A stretch of DNA of 64,000 nt from Phallusia mammillata (lineage: Eukaryota). The notes beneath the pieces were generated by a model. That model was given only the letters and a program-made list of their open reading frames with translations, made no database searches and was not told where the DNA came from. Shown one piece after another: positions 1-11,821 of the stretch. Numbering within the stretch: position 1 is the stretch's first letter; each line of letters starts with the position of its first letter. The stretch is taken from assembly GCA_965637545.1 (NCBI GenBank), contig OZ281495.1, positions 23,188,001 to 23,252,000 on the forward strand, in the 5' to 3' direction. Made by a program: the position numbers and the translations under genes.

Positions 1-1362
1 TGTTTTAGTGGAGGTAGGTGTGATGAATAAACCGAAAGACAAACTCTTGTGAAAGAATTTTGTTTCCGAAACACAAAATATTATTGCCCGGCACTAACAG
101 TAAGTTTCGGTGGAAGAAGAAATACAATTCGTCCTGTTTTCACTTCGGAATTTATTTAGATTAACTTTCCCCTTGCTTATTAATCTTGACCGACTCAAGG
201 CCCCTTATGCTGTAATGCCAGCCTACACAGCAAGTAAAAACAGCACACCTTGTTGTACCTGTCATGTAACAAGTGGTGTTGGCAACGTTTTCGCAACTTT
301 GCTCCTTTTTAGGGATTTCAAGACGCTTCTTAGGATTTCTGAGAAGTTGGTCACGTTTACTTCCGCAGATGTTAACAAGTGGGACGATGCTGTTTCTCTC
401 ATCTCACAGCTTTCTCAGCTTTTCCGATAGCTGATACCGCGAACAGGTACCACCACTTAAAATTAGACATCGTGCTGTGTTGTGGATCTATTTTTAAAAT
501 TTATAACCGTCTGCATAACATAGATCTAAACAGGCTACAATTTGTTGTCAATTTAAGGCGATAACGTCCCAAACCGGGGGTCGTATAATCGAATTACATG
601 CCGATCTGGTGTTCGTTTTCACCGCTGCTAATGGGAGTGGAACTTTCCTTACTTTAGCATTTAAGTTTATCCAAACCGGTTTTGTTTCGTATTGTGCTAT
701 TCACGTATGTTGTCCCTAATTCAAAAATTAAAGTAAAACTCGGTTTCAAAGTTCCTTCAATCTGAATTGAAAACTTTTACGCTGTTGCAAGGCGAGAAAC
801 AAAATATACCAAACCTGAAATAAAAACAGCATCTCGTAACTGACGATGTGTCGTTGATAATAATGTGTATCAGGGCTCGTCCATGTATATCGCCACGGCA
901 ATTTGCCGTATGTTTTCAGTTTCGTTATCAAGTTATGGCATGGACATATATAGATCTATATGTGGTGAAAGAATCACGTATCGCAATTTTCAATCACTTG
1001 TTTAGTCTTTCCGTTTTGCCCAGGAGCAGTTGCTTATGTCTTTGTGGCAAGAGGTGTTTCGGGATTCATAAACAAATGCCACCACGTGACGTCTTTTGCC
1101 AGGTGGCGCTTTCGATACCAGTAAACGAATAAACATGTGGGTTTAGGTTATGACTCGACCACTCGCTAAAACGCACAAACCAAACACCTTGTTTAAGTAT
1201 GTGCGTGGGATTATATGCAGTTGGTACCTGGAGGTTTCTCATTTGTGCCTTCACTTAAAACGTCGTTTAACTTTGCAAACGCTATTCTCTTTACCGCGAA
1301 ACATATTACAGCCCTTAATCTCAACAAACAGGTTACCTACACGATCAACTGTTATAAAGATT

Positions 1363-1480
1363 CTGACGGGAAACGGACGAGACAACATATTTGTAAAAAA
1401 CATGACGTTTAAGATTTACATAAGATGTGTCGAAACGTTATGTTCTTTACAAATATATCGTCTTGTCTGTTTCTTGTCAG
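1363..1480. repeat. Imperfect inverted repeat (hairpin): 48-nt arms, 22-nt loop
   Basis: Arm 1363-1410 (ctgacgggaaacggacgagacaacatatttgtaaaaaacatgacgttt) matches the reverse complement of 1433-1480 at 40 of 48 positions. All 8 differences are transitions. Confidence 0.85.
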
Positions 1481-2097
1481 GTTTGGGTGTTTTTTCATAA
1501 AACCTAATATAGAACTTGATCTATGTTGGGTAACAGAAGAGGCAGGGTTCATAAGCCAAAAATTGATCGATTTGTCACGTGACACGTTTGACAGGATGAC
1601 CACAATGTCAGGCTGATTAATCTGTGTTTTACCATGGCAATATCGCGTTGTTATCGCTTATTACCCGATCACGTTTTCCCCAATCCGGGTTTTGCCCGCA
1701 CGCACACAGGGAAGTAAGTACTACAAGTTATTCATGCCCCTATTTCTGCTATGATCTTAACGACTGTTTCGTCGTGTGTTAGATTGTTATAGCCTACCTT
1801 TGTTTGTTTGACCAAAAATACATTAACAAATTTGAAGAGTTATGGCGATATGTGTTTCTTGGTGCATTTTACAAACACGATATTTACCATAAATGCAAAT
1901 TTGAGTCGAAAATGTTTTGGATTAGGAACTAAAAAAGTCTTACAGCTGACAAATCTATTCTTTATTTTTTCCGTCCCTGAATGCGTTCTCAGTTTTGTTT
2001 TCTTGTAATGGTTCAGGAATGTGGATCATAATCTATGTGGGTTTGTTTCTCAGTATCAATCAAGTTTTTTTAAGATTTCACGAAATAGACACTACAG

Positions 2098-2691
2098 CAG
2101 CGGTTCCCAAACTGGGGTCCGCGGACCTTTTGGGGTCCGTGAAGCAATTTTGCGGGGTCCGCGAAAAGGTTGACGTTCCTCTGGAGTCGTATTTGGCGTC
2201 AATTTGTGTCACTGTATAGGTGTAAATCAAAGTACAATTAGAGATCCACTGCCTCCATTACTATACAATAGATAACCTTTGTTGCGTGACAACTGTCAAG
2301 AATGCAATTGTTTGCGCACTATCGTAATGTTTTCTGTCTTGTCTGTGATGTCACAAACCGTCTTTGGATCGTTGTTATGTGTAATTTTGAATACCTAATA
2401 GGCTAAAATCAGCTTTCGTATTGCTAAAATACACCTTCAGGCTTAAGGTCCACGAGTCCTCGATATAATGGCAAAGTGACCGTTTTGAAAAAAACAATGA
2501 AAAAGTTTGAAAACCACTAAGTTAGAAAGTTGTTACAATAAAAAGAATCGTGACTGCACTAGTGTACTATAAGAAACAATGGTTTTGCATTTTGTCTATA
2601 GCATTCTTTGATTTTTATAGGGCCGCGAAATATCAAAATAATTGCAAAGGGTCCACCAGGCAAAATTTTTAGAAAAGTTTGGGAACCGCTG
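2098..2691. mobile_element. Non-autonomous hAT (Charlie-like) MITE
   Basis: TIRs cagcggttcccaaact...agtttgggaaccgctg. Perfect 8-bp TSD CACTACAG at 2090-2097 and 2692-2699. No transposase ORF. Confidence 0.92.
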
Positions 2692-4810
2692 CACTACAGT
2701 ATGTCGTGTACATTCGCCGTTCGAAAAAAAGCATAATGACGAACGCATATAGGGTCGTGAACTCTGCCTAGTGTTTGTAACATCTGCTCTCGAACTGACT
2801 CATCTGTCACAACCACGAAGTTTCACGTTCGTCATGCGAAAAGTTTATGTCCCAGGGGTCAAATGGTGTTAGGGTCAATCACGATTACAGAAACGTGGTG
2901 ATTTGCAGGTGTTCTTGTTACATGAGCTAAAGGCAATCACAAGAGCGCTGCAATTGTTCACATATACAAGCACACCCTCAGAGCACAAGAAAGTCTATGT
3001 CGTACAATTCAGTACGTGTGTGGTCACGATGTATATATTTAACTTGAATACAGAATTTGTCTGTGTATGCGGCTATTTAAGATTAAAGTTTTCGTGGTCT
3101 CAAGAGCACTGAATTCCAAAGAACTTTGTCTCTTTCCATTCTTTCGCTTTATGATGTCTGGAACCATTTTGTGGTAACAAATCGAACGCTTTAATTAAAC
3201 AAGTTATTAATTTTGTTGTCTGTCTGTCAAAAATTAATCTGCTTTGTGATGTAATCTTTATTGCCGTATGCGACCGCAGTGGTCATATTTGACCAGGACT
3301 TATTTATGTTCCTAAATATTACGAGTAATTGGCACTTTTGTGAAACTATGTGGTTTGAAAGCTGCAGGAGCGAAAATAAACCTGTGATTCAACATGTCAA
3401 AACGCAACCGCATTGTTTCCTTTTAAATCGTCAAGTGGATTCCAATCAGCCTATCACGCAAGTAATGCAGTAGAACTTATAATTTACCATTCTCACATCG
3501 CGGGAACTGAAAATTATTTACGACAGTACAGTTTTATTTATGGCATCAGAGCCCACACACATACGGATAAAATGTAACAAACAATTGGTAAATACGTCTT
3601 CTTTTTCACGTCGACCAAGAACGGTCCCGTTATTTTGGATATAGTGTGAAGACAATAATTTTCAGATTTTTGAAAGCGAAATGTCCTTTACCCCGTATAC
3701 AGCAACCTCTAACAGACTTATAAATAATAACCAGCAACGAAGCAGACAGAAATGCAACAAACAATAATAGTAACAACAACAAAATCCAATGTTCTGTATA
3801 ACGAGACTGTTTGTACGCCATGGGCACCTTGTGTGTTCGGGAACATATTTGGAAACGTTATGTACAGTAAAGATATATTTCTGCATGATTGTCGAGGTCT
3901 TGGTTCATTCCCGTTTCTGTGGATTAAAATTAATATTATTAAATGTCAAGAATACGTTCGGTACAACTGATAAATGCCGCGTGGTGCATAAAATCTCTTG
4001 TTGCCCTCAAGTTTATCTTTAATGATAGAAATTTCACAAATTAAAGCGTTTGTTGGCCAATATGACAGCTCAACTGCTATTCTATGCCTTACCACACACA
4101 GAGTAAAAATTTTAGCTCTGATAGCCGAACGAATGTCCCCTGGGGGCCTTAAGGTGCTTATACTTCTATAAACGACGCGGTAACACCTGTTCGCCCGTTA
4201 GGCTACTTATTGTTGTTTCTTTGTAAACTGCAAAAAGAGCCGTTTAGCTTTTCTCAATTATAGCGTTCTTCAGATTTGCCACATTATAAAGTCGTGCTCG
4301 AAACTTGTTTTTCAAACCCGCAAACAGCCGAATGTTTACAATTTTGGCAGATTTTAGCAAGGTACGTTATCGCTCAGTGGATTAGGCTTGGATGTCTTTC
4401 CGCTTATCTGTTGCTATCTCAATGATTTGCTTACTCGTCAGGATTGAATCGTTAGACTCCGCCATTTTTCCTTGTGTTGACTTTTATATGAAATAAAAGG
4501 ACTGATAGATTTCTTTGTGTCCCTCGTAATAGTATTTTTAGTGCGTATATTCACATGCTCTTCTTCATCTGTTCGGGAGTTTTGTGGCCTTTACTAAGTA
4601 TTTTGTATCGGGAACATTGTGTGGTTTACGTCGATTTTCCACCAAGTGAACCGAAGCATTAATTTGTGGGCACAAAATTTCCGCGCATATTGCGGTAGGT
4701 TTGGCATTTGAAAGTTCTTCTTTCTGCTCGTCTCGCTGTTTGCTTTAGCCTAACACCGTATTTGTTGATTCTCACCTTTTGCTAGTTGAACAATGTTGTA
4801 TCGATTCGCT

Positions 4811-7479
4811 TCATAATTGCTTTTGCGATCGCCGACGTCTGTCCACTTTGGGCAATTCTGAAACCAAAATGTAAAACTTGTTACTCTACCTAAAAACTTA
4901 TAATAATACTGTGAAAAAATTGGCATTACAAAATGTAATTACAGAGTTGAAATCGGGCCAGAGTTGAATATAGTTGAAAATATTGGGGCCCGAACCCATT
5001 AGTACAAGCCCGGAATCAGGTACGAAACGGATTTTTTTTTTAAACAAACACCTAATTGTGACAGAAATGAAGTGAAATTGCGGCACGAATAGGCTCAAGT
5101 GTAAAATCAGCCTGGAATAAAACCTTTTTTTAAATCTAAGTCCCAACCCAGGCCCGATCAAAAACGTCCGGTCCGGTCTTACAACTCAGTTTATAATCTG
5201 TTTCTTCACTTTTTGTCGCATGCACGAATTAGTTTGTTTTGTATGATGTCGAAATTTAACAGCCAAAAAGACGGTTGTTGGGGGAACTATATTTTAACAA
5301 TTTTGCTCACTTAAAAGCGGCTTCAATAAGGACAATAACGCACTACTACTCATAACTGTTCCGATTATTCTAAATGTTGTTTGCAAAAGATTTCCTTTAA
5401 ATTAAGCAGCAAACATGTTTTATTGGTAAACCGTTGGTTAAAAAATGTATCATTGTCACAATTTGAATCTGTTAAACCAGGGGTCGGCAACCTTTTTTTG
5501 CACTGCGGACCATTTTTGAAAGTGAAATTTTATCGCGGACCGGTCTTCAAAAAACTACATATTTAGCAATGAAAACGCTTAAATTAGTTTATCAAACCAG
5601 GGATACATGGGCAAAATGTTCTATAGCATTTAACCTGAAAAATTATACGGCCCGGTAACGAACACCTCGCGCGGATCCAGCGGTTGCCGACCATTGTGTT
5701 AAACGATAGCAATTGTTGAAATGAACTTATTCATATAAAAACTTACAGGCGCATGGCGTCGCAAAACATCTTCTTAAATTCGCCCATCGTGGAAAATTCG
5801 AGAAGCTCTCTGATCGTGTTGGTGCTCAGGGACGATTTTTCGTCGCTGTCTTCATTCAGCATTATACCCATCCCTTGCATTGTCGGGACGCACTCGTCTT
5901 CGGGTACTGTAAGGATCATGGCCGGAAAGTTGACTGGAAAATACACACAAATAAACGATGTGAATTCACAATATCAAATTTTCTAGGGTGATATTACCCT
6001 TTTGTTCATATAGTTACTCGTAATAAGTACAGAGAACTTGACTTTTCATATGTGGACAGCTTTTTACTCAATTTTTACTACTTTACTCACTTACATTCAA
6101 ATCCAATTTTGACCCTGAGATTAACGTTATACATGTGAAGAAGATAAGTTCCCGAGTTATTCTGCATCAACACAGTATCGTGGGGAGCAAATCTATAAAA
6201 CAAAAGAATTTTATTAAGCATTAACCGGCGGAAGACACTCGCGTAAAAGTCGTGTTTAAAACTACAGTAGGCTACACTGACGAACAAAAGAGTTTTGGGG
6301 TAAACTGGAATCAAAAGAAGGATATTCTTACATTCGGAGAGAGCTGAAGTATCTTCCGCTCATAATAACTCGGTCCATGGGAATCATCAGGGTGACTTGC
6401 TGTTCTTGTGGAAAATGTGTCACATACGTCGCATTGTATGATAGAGACTCGACTATCGAGTTGCTGGAAAAATATATTTGCATAACTTTTAAAGTTTTTT
6501 TTTATATGAGTAAAAGCAAAATAGAAAATAGTTTTTCGCGAAGCAAGTGTTAATTTCTAGTTGATTTCCCACTAACCTCGATGTTTTGAATTCAAATTCG
6601 GTAAAGAAGGTATTCCCCACTGGGGGCATCGGCATTTTAGCCATCGACTTGAACACTTCGAGGTCTAGAAAAGAAGAAATATTATCAATTATGCTAGGTG
6701 CGGATCTGTCTGGTTAAACATTAAATAGTGAAGTAAAAAGAGGCATTTTATGGCAGAGACCAGGACCCTTTGGTCTATTTAAAAATGAGTCGATATTTAA
6801 AAAATATATATTTTGTTGCTACTTACAGTAAATGTGTGATTTTCATTTTTGACATATGAACACCGTTAGGAGTCGTACACGTGTAAATCTTACGCCTTGT
6901 CCGCTATAAAATGCTATATCTGCGCGTTTATACGGCGCGCGAACGACGGCCGCAACGTTTTCGCGCGGTCTTATTCGGTGTCGGTCGGAGCGTGGTCCCG
7001 ACAAATCTTGCGCCACAAGCCTGTTTACGTGCTTTGCTTTAACGAGATGGCGTGAAGTGATTGCGCGCAAGATTGCGACGGTTTGCACTCACCGTACTTA
7101 GCTAAAAGCCCTCACTCGTCATACCTCCATGCCGCGTCAATCGATTTTTATGCATTTAGCGTTGATTTGAGTTGACATATTTTATGTAATTACAAATATG
7201 AGATCAAAAAAGCGACGTCCTTTATGATTCAAACGCTTCGGTTAATGCACATGCCATCATTATATATTAAGAGCCACGTCAGTACATATTTTTTGTTTTT
7301 AAAAAAATAACTCAACGGCGTTATGAGAGGTTGTGTATACAACGATGGTAAAGTTTATAAGAAAGATATGAGTAACTTTTCTACTATATTTATTTTATCT
7401 TACCTAGTTGTACTACCTCATCGAAGGCTGCGACATTTCCGATCAGGAATAGAACCGCATAAACAAGTGTTTTCGTCAT
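4811..7479 (-). CDS. Secreted BPI/LBP/CETP-like (TULIP superfamily) single-domain protein, multi-exon; N-terminal exon joins uncertain
   Basis: Signal-peptide exon 7479-7404 (MTKTLVYAVLFLIGNVAAFDEVVQL). Then phase-concordant open GT-AG exons: 6664 (or a longer form from about 6706-6710)-6577, 6463-6332, 6192-6095, 5933-5747, 5369-5311 and 4857-4811 (stop). The translation resembles the BPI N-terminal domain by eye: a beta-rich core, a Cys pair (EDECVP / KKMFCDAM) and a terminal helix LLSLLKPLLKLPKVD. N-glycosylation sequons NISS, NATY and NNSG. The exon chain is well supported; the family call is pattern recognition only. Confidence 0.62.
4942..5189. mobile_element. Degenerate MITE-like element in an intron
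   Basis: Ends cagagttg...caactcag with internal gggcccg/ccgg-rich subterminal motifs, similar to the element at 42499-42758. No clear TSD. Confidence 0.45.
5478..5696. mobile_element. hAT-type MITE in an intron of the BPI-like gene
   Basis: TIRs caggggtcggcaacc...ggttgccgaccattg. Perfect 8-bp TSD TGTTAAAC at 5470-5477 and 5697-5704. Confidence 0.88.
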
Positions 7480-10033
7480 AGTAACGGTTACGTAGAATTA
7501 CGAAGGAAACAGCAAAGCAAATGACAAATAAATAAAAGAAGCTGAAATAAATTACATGCATATTATTATTTAAACACTCCAAAGTATCCTTAATTTCTGC
7601 ACATACTGTGTAATCTATCTGCACAACCGCTAAAACTTACGCTCTAATTAAATCCCAAACGACCGGGCAAGCTTTTTTATGTGGGTCTCGTTTTTTCCTA
7701 AAATTTTAAAAAACTCATGGAATCAGGTAAACGTGCAGGTCCTTTTTTTTCTTTTGCTCTGTGGCGTGCTCGCGGGGCGTGTTGGCGGGGCTGAAGAGGT
7801 GTTGTTTCCAAGTAATCTATGTTTGGGCAATGTCTCGTACTCCAGCACGTGAAACCTTGTGAGGAGGCGGATAAGAAATTTAATTGCGATTTTATGGTGT
7901 TTCCGAAGCGCCTGTTTGCCCCTAAATCGCCTTTATAGTTGAATAGCGTGATATTGGATGACATAACAGTGAAAAGACGGACGATAACTCGCTATTAATA
8001 GCATTTGTTAAATGGGTGGGTAAATCGGTTGCAACCATGCTTTCTTCTTATGTTCGTGCTGGAGGTAGGCTATATATTTAATATTTTCAAACCATCGACA
8101 GTTAAATGTCTGTAAAACGGTTTACAAATGATGTATCAAATATTAGGTGGCCTTTTTAACGGTTATTTCTCAAAGTTAGAAATATTATGTTTTTGGCTTA
8201 AGGACCTCTTTGTCGATAAAACTTCCGCACAACCCTCGCCATAAATGTTTAGTCTGAACTTCAGAAGATGACTCTCCCTGATAACTAGGATTCCCACTAA
8301 CGATATGGTTTACATTTTGTACGTGATGTAATAGAGATAGGTTGGGATTCTCCGTTTGAGAACAAAGATTTTCGATTATCTACTTCCTACGCATGGTCGG
8401 GACACAAATGCTGGATTTCAAAAACAAGGGTCAAAAATCTGCAGCCGCGGCACACCTAGGCCGCGTTTTTGTCCCAAATCATCTCCAAGCAGTTGTGTTT
8501 CCATATTTTTCTCTTGGTGTCACACGTGTTGTTGTTGTGGTTTTTGCTGATGTTATCACACACGTCATTTGCCCTGACGACCTGTTTCACAAAACCTTTT
8601 GAATTTAACTTTATTTGTTAACCGCTGTTCAAGGAGAAGATTGATCTTGCTGTCGTCACGAATCTATCCCCGCTGGCGAGAAACAATTGCTTATCAGATG
8701 AGAGGAAAAACCGCCACATAATAACACGTAACGTGGATTTTATCCACTTGCCAGCTACAATAGTTGGTGTATAAGCACGGCAAGGGACCGGTTTGCTGTG
8801 ATCACTTAAACTGGGCGGTGGCACAATAATCACTGACATACCAGTGGCATTCACACTGTGAATAAACGTTAAAATGTGTTTATTTGCACCACAAGCTGCA
8901 TATACTTTATTTCTTGAAAAGCTTGCACGTGTCCATGCGGTGTGTGGTTCTTATTGTTGCATACCATTGAAATGGTAAACTAACACATGAAATCGTTTAC
9001 TTCACTTTCAAACTTTTTGATGGAAAACGTTTTTGGTGATGCGAAATGTGAAAAATTCTGTCGTACATATTTCCAGTATTCTTTTAAAAGGGAATACATC
9101 TGTTGCTTTTACTGTAGAAATCAGAAAAATAAACGCATTATTAAACTCCTTTTGGAACGTCATATTGAAGCAACACATCACACCTATGATTTTTGTGACG
9201 TCATAAAAAGTTAAATGTGTCATACTTAGTTTTGTCCTATCAGAACTTTTCATCGCACGGTAAACAAAGCAACTGCCAGTCTTATCGATCATGTGTTTTG
9301 TACAACTGTCAAATGGTCGTAGGAACTGTTGTCACAAACTTGCTTTGTTTGTCTGGTGAGTTTAAAATTTGATAGACTTTAATGTGTGAATAAAATAAGT
9401 CACACAGATGTGTAAAAAATATGTGTAGGCTACTGGTGAACGTGTAATAGTAAAACATGTTTCACTAGTTATTTGACTTCTTAAACTGACCTCAAAATGA
9501 CTTTTTTATGTCAGAAAATTAGGATCTTAGTATTTACAGACCAAGTAAAGTCTAAACGTTCTCTACAAGACTTTTGATTACACTACTTGTGGCTACTAGC
9601 AAAACCTGTATTGGTTCAAATAGGGCCAACACAGAGAAACGGTTGTGCTAGTTAATGTTCTGGTTCTGCGTTAACAAGAATTTTTACACCCATGCACGAG
9701 TATATGCGGTTTATTTCAAGATAAATGGGTCAATGCATGCACTATGTCGAGTTCTGAGAAATTTAAAGAGTGTAGCGTGTAATGTTGGCCTGTTTATTTT
9801 GCCCCGTTATACATTGACATCATGACATTTATGACAAGTTGTGTATCTGGCAGAACTGTCAGCGTATAAATAACAGCCTCGATACTCTCGATACAATAAA
9901 ACGTGACTTCTATTTGCCGCGCCTTTTTCTGCTCGTGGTTAGATGTGGTAATTCTTGACCAGAAGTTAATTTGTTTTTAAAAGTCCAGAACCGCCCTGCA
10001 AACACAAGTTAAACGTGGAGGTTGCCAATTTGA

Positions 10034-11043
10034 CTATAAGGTTCCAACAACATCCTGGAATTTTGCAAGGTTTTGTGGCGCGCTCCAGTAAATAAACTGA
10101 AAAGCAGTTACGTGCTCTTGTGGCGCGGATGGCGACTGATTTTATACGTTGTTAAGCCAGATGTGCGTTTGTGCCATCGTCATCATATGATACAACTAAA
10201 CATGTGGTTTGCAAATAAACGTTTCCGCATCATTTCATCATCTTTCTCATTACAACCACTTAATTTAGCGTGAGTTGTGGGGCGAATGAAATGCGAAGTT
10301 TCACAGAAAAATACGTGACTCATTCCCGTCACAGTTGTCTTAACAGTCTTGCATGGAGACAAGCCTGTGGTAGATTTTGTACCACTGCCCTGATATTATC
10401 ATCAAATATTAATCACTTCATCGGATTAACGTTTTGACAAATACATTGATAGCTTCGGGAACCTGCCCGTCCACAAGCGTGGCATCAAAGAAAGTTGACT
10501 CATAATGCTCAAAATTGCAAAGAGCCTATAGGCTACTGGTGCTCTAACAATTTTAATAACATTCTTTATTGTATTCTGTACTTGTTTACATTAGCTAATG
10601 TGATGCACTTAAGGTAGCATTAGTTTTATTCTTTTTACGTTGCTTTTCGCATACAAAGCTGCGATTTTTTTTTTTCGACAATCAGGTGGCAGTCCGAGAA
10701 CTGAAAATTGCCCTTTGTCGTTCACGGGGTTCGAACCCATGATTCTTCCAGGGACGGATCCCGATCAGGTGTATGTGGGTCAGGCGCGCCAGGCCATTCG
10801 GCCAAGTTCCCGCGAGTCGGTTTTGTTAAGTAAACGAACTTGCCACATGCTGTAAACGGAATATAAATTAATTTAATATGTTTGTACTTACAAATATAAA
10901 TATTTATGTGTGGGGTGACACAAGTAAACATTGAAGTAGGCTTACGGCCGTTGTGGCTCCCAAAGTATTCTTTATCTCAGATCTCGCGACATCCCTGTTT
11001 GGATGCAAGTTGTATACAGATGCCAGATCCTGATCGGATTTCG
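10034..11043 (-). CDS. Candidate exon chain of an unidentified gene
   Basis: Five open, phase-compatible GT-AG segments: 11043-10946, 10525-10445, 10389-10315, 10195-10148 and 10096-10034 (stop). No homolog recognised and no start exon found. Confidence 0.3.
10717..10811 (-). pseudogene. tRNA-like (Leu/Ser type II) pseudogene or tRNA-derived SINE head
   Basis: On the minus strand: A-box TGGCCGAATGG, stem CCTGA...TCGGG with an oversized 15-nt loop, long variable arm, and T-arm ATGGG-TTCGAAC-CCCGT. The acceptor stem does not pair (GGGAACT vs GAACGAC). An A-run lies about 40 nt downstream. Confidence 0.65.
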
Positions 11044-11421
11044 CTAAATATAAAGAATCATGCGTTTATGAAACAAACGATTGGTGGAAAATGTTTGGTC
11101 AAGTTAAATTCGACTGAAGTGAGTTGCAGTTCCGAAATTTGTTTACCATGTAACACCAGACATTGATTGGAAAAGATGTTGCTTGAAGTATTTTGTACAT
11201 TTTTTTTGCCATGTTACCTCAGAGCAAAAAAAGCCAGAAAGAGTATTAAACGTTTAATCAATAAAAGGCGAAGACTAGTCAAGAGCACAATAGGTGGAAC
11301 TTGGCTGATCGGGCTGAAGCTACGTGGTTCAATAATTAATAATGGTTCATTTAAATTGTCAAAATAAGGTGCAATTAAGTGTGACAAAATTTCAAACAAT
11401 CGTTAGTAAAGTGAACTAGAT

Positions 11422-11821
11422 CTGTGTTTTTCACATGGTGGATTGCGACCCAACAATGAGTCGCTTGAAACTTCTTTGGTTTGTCTGCTTTGTGACATTT
11501 TTTTCCGTGACATTAGATTTTGCATGGCAATAATTTTATAGCATCTGACCCAGATGTTTTTTTTGTGTGTGTGACGTAAATCAGTTGTCAGATCACTGTA
11601 GAAGTGTAGACAATTGGAACTGAGAATACATTACTAGATCCAAACTCAAATTTAATCAAAATGCCAAATAATTTAGATGAAAGCTGCCATGGCAATTTTT
11701 ATAAACCGTAACTGTTGAAAAGCTGCTCGTTTTAAAGATAAAATTTGCAACTGAGTCGCGGAAATTTACACCATTGACATTTAAAAATAATTCGGTCGTT
11801 TAAAAAAGTTTGGAACCACTG
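11422..11821. mobile_element. Old hAT-type MITE
   Basis: The right end aaagtttggaaccactg matches the hAT TIR family; the left end ctgtgtttttc is degenerate. Flanks aactagat / aattggat match at 6 of 8. Confidence 0.5.

Noticed and set aside
110-430. 106-aa plus-strand ORF, and a minus-strand frame DERNSIV...TTCYMTG with a donor (faint peroxidase-like resemblance)
   Set aside because: No ATG context or convincing acceptor, and no partner exons found in the window.
3690-3818. Minus-strand frame with a hydrophobic stretch (WILLLLLLLFVAFLSASLLVIIY) and a donor
   Set aside because: It comes from low-complexity gtt/att repeats, and no downstream phase-compatible exon chain could be built.
4435-4465. 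Possible first exon MAESNDSILT with a gtaagc donor just downstream of the BPI-like gene
   Set aside because: The following candidate exons hit stop codons in the required phase, and no poly(A) signal supports an operon link.
4776-4857. Alternative frame of the last BPI-like exon with a strong gtgaga donor
   Set aside because: It is phase-incompatible with the preceding exon, so it is treated as 3' UTR sequence. It remains a caveat for the single-domain claim.
11181-11217. Splice joining a signal-like frame to the 11043 exon
   Set aside because: It needs a 36-nt intron, shorter than any confirmed intron in this window.
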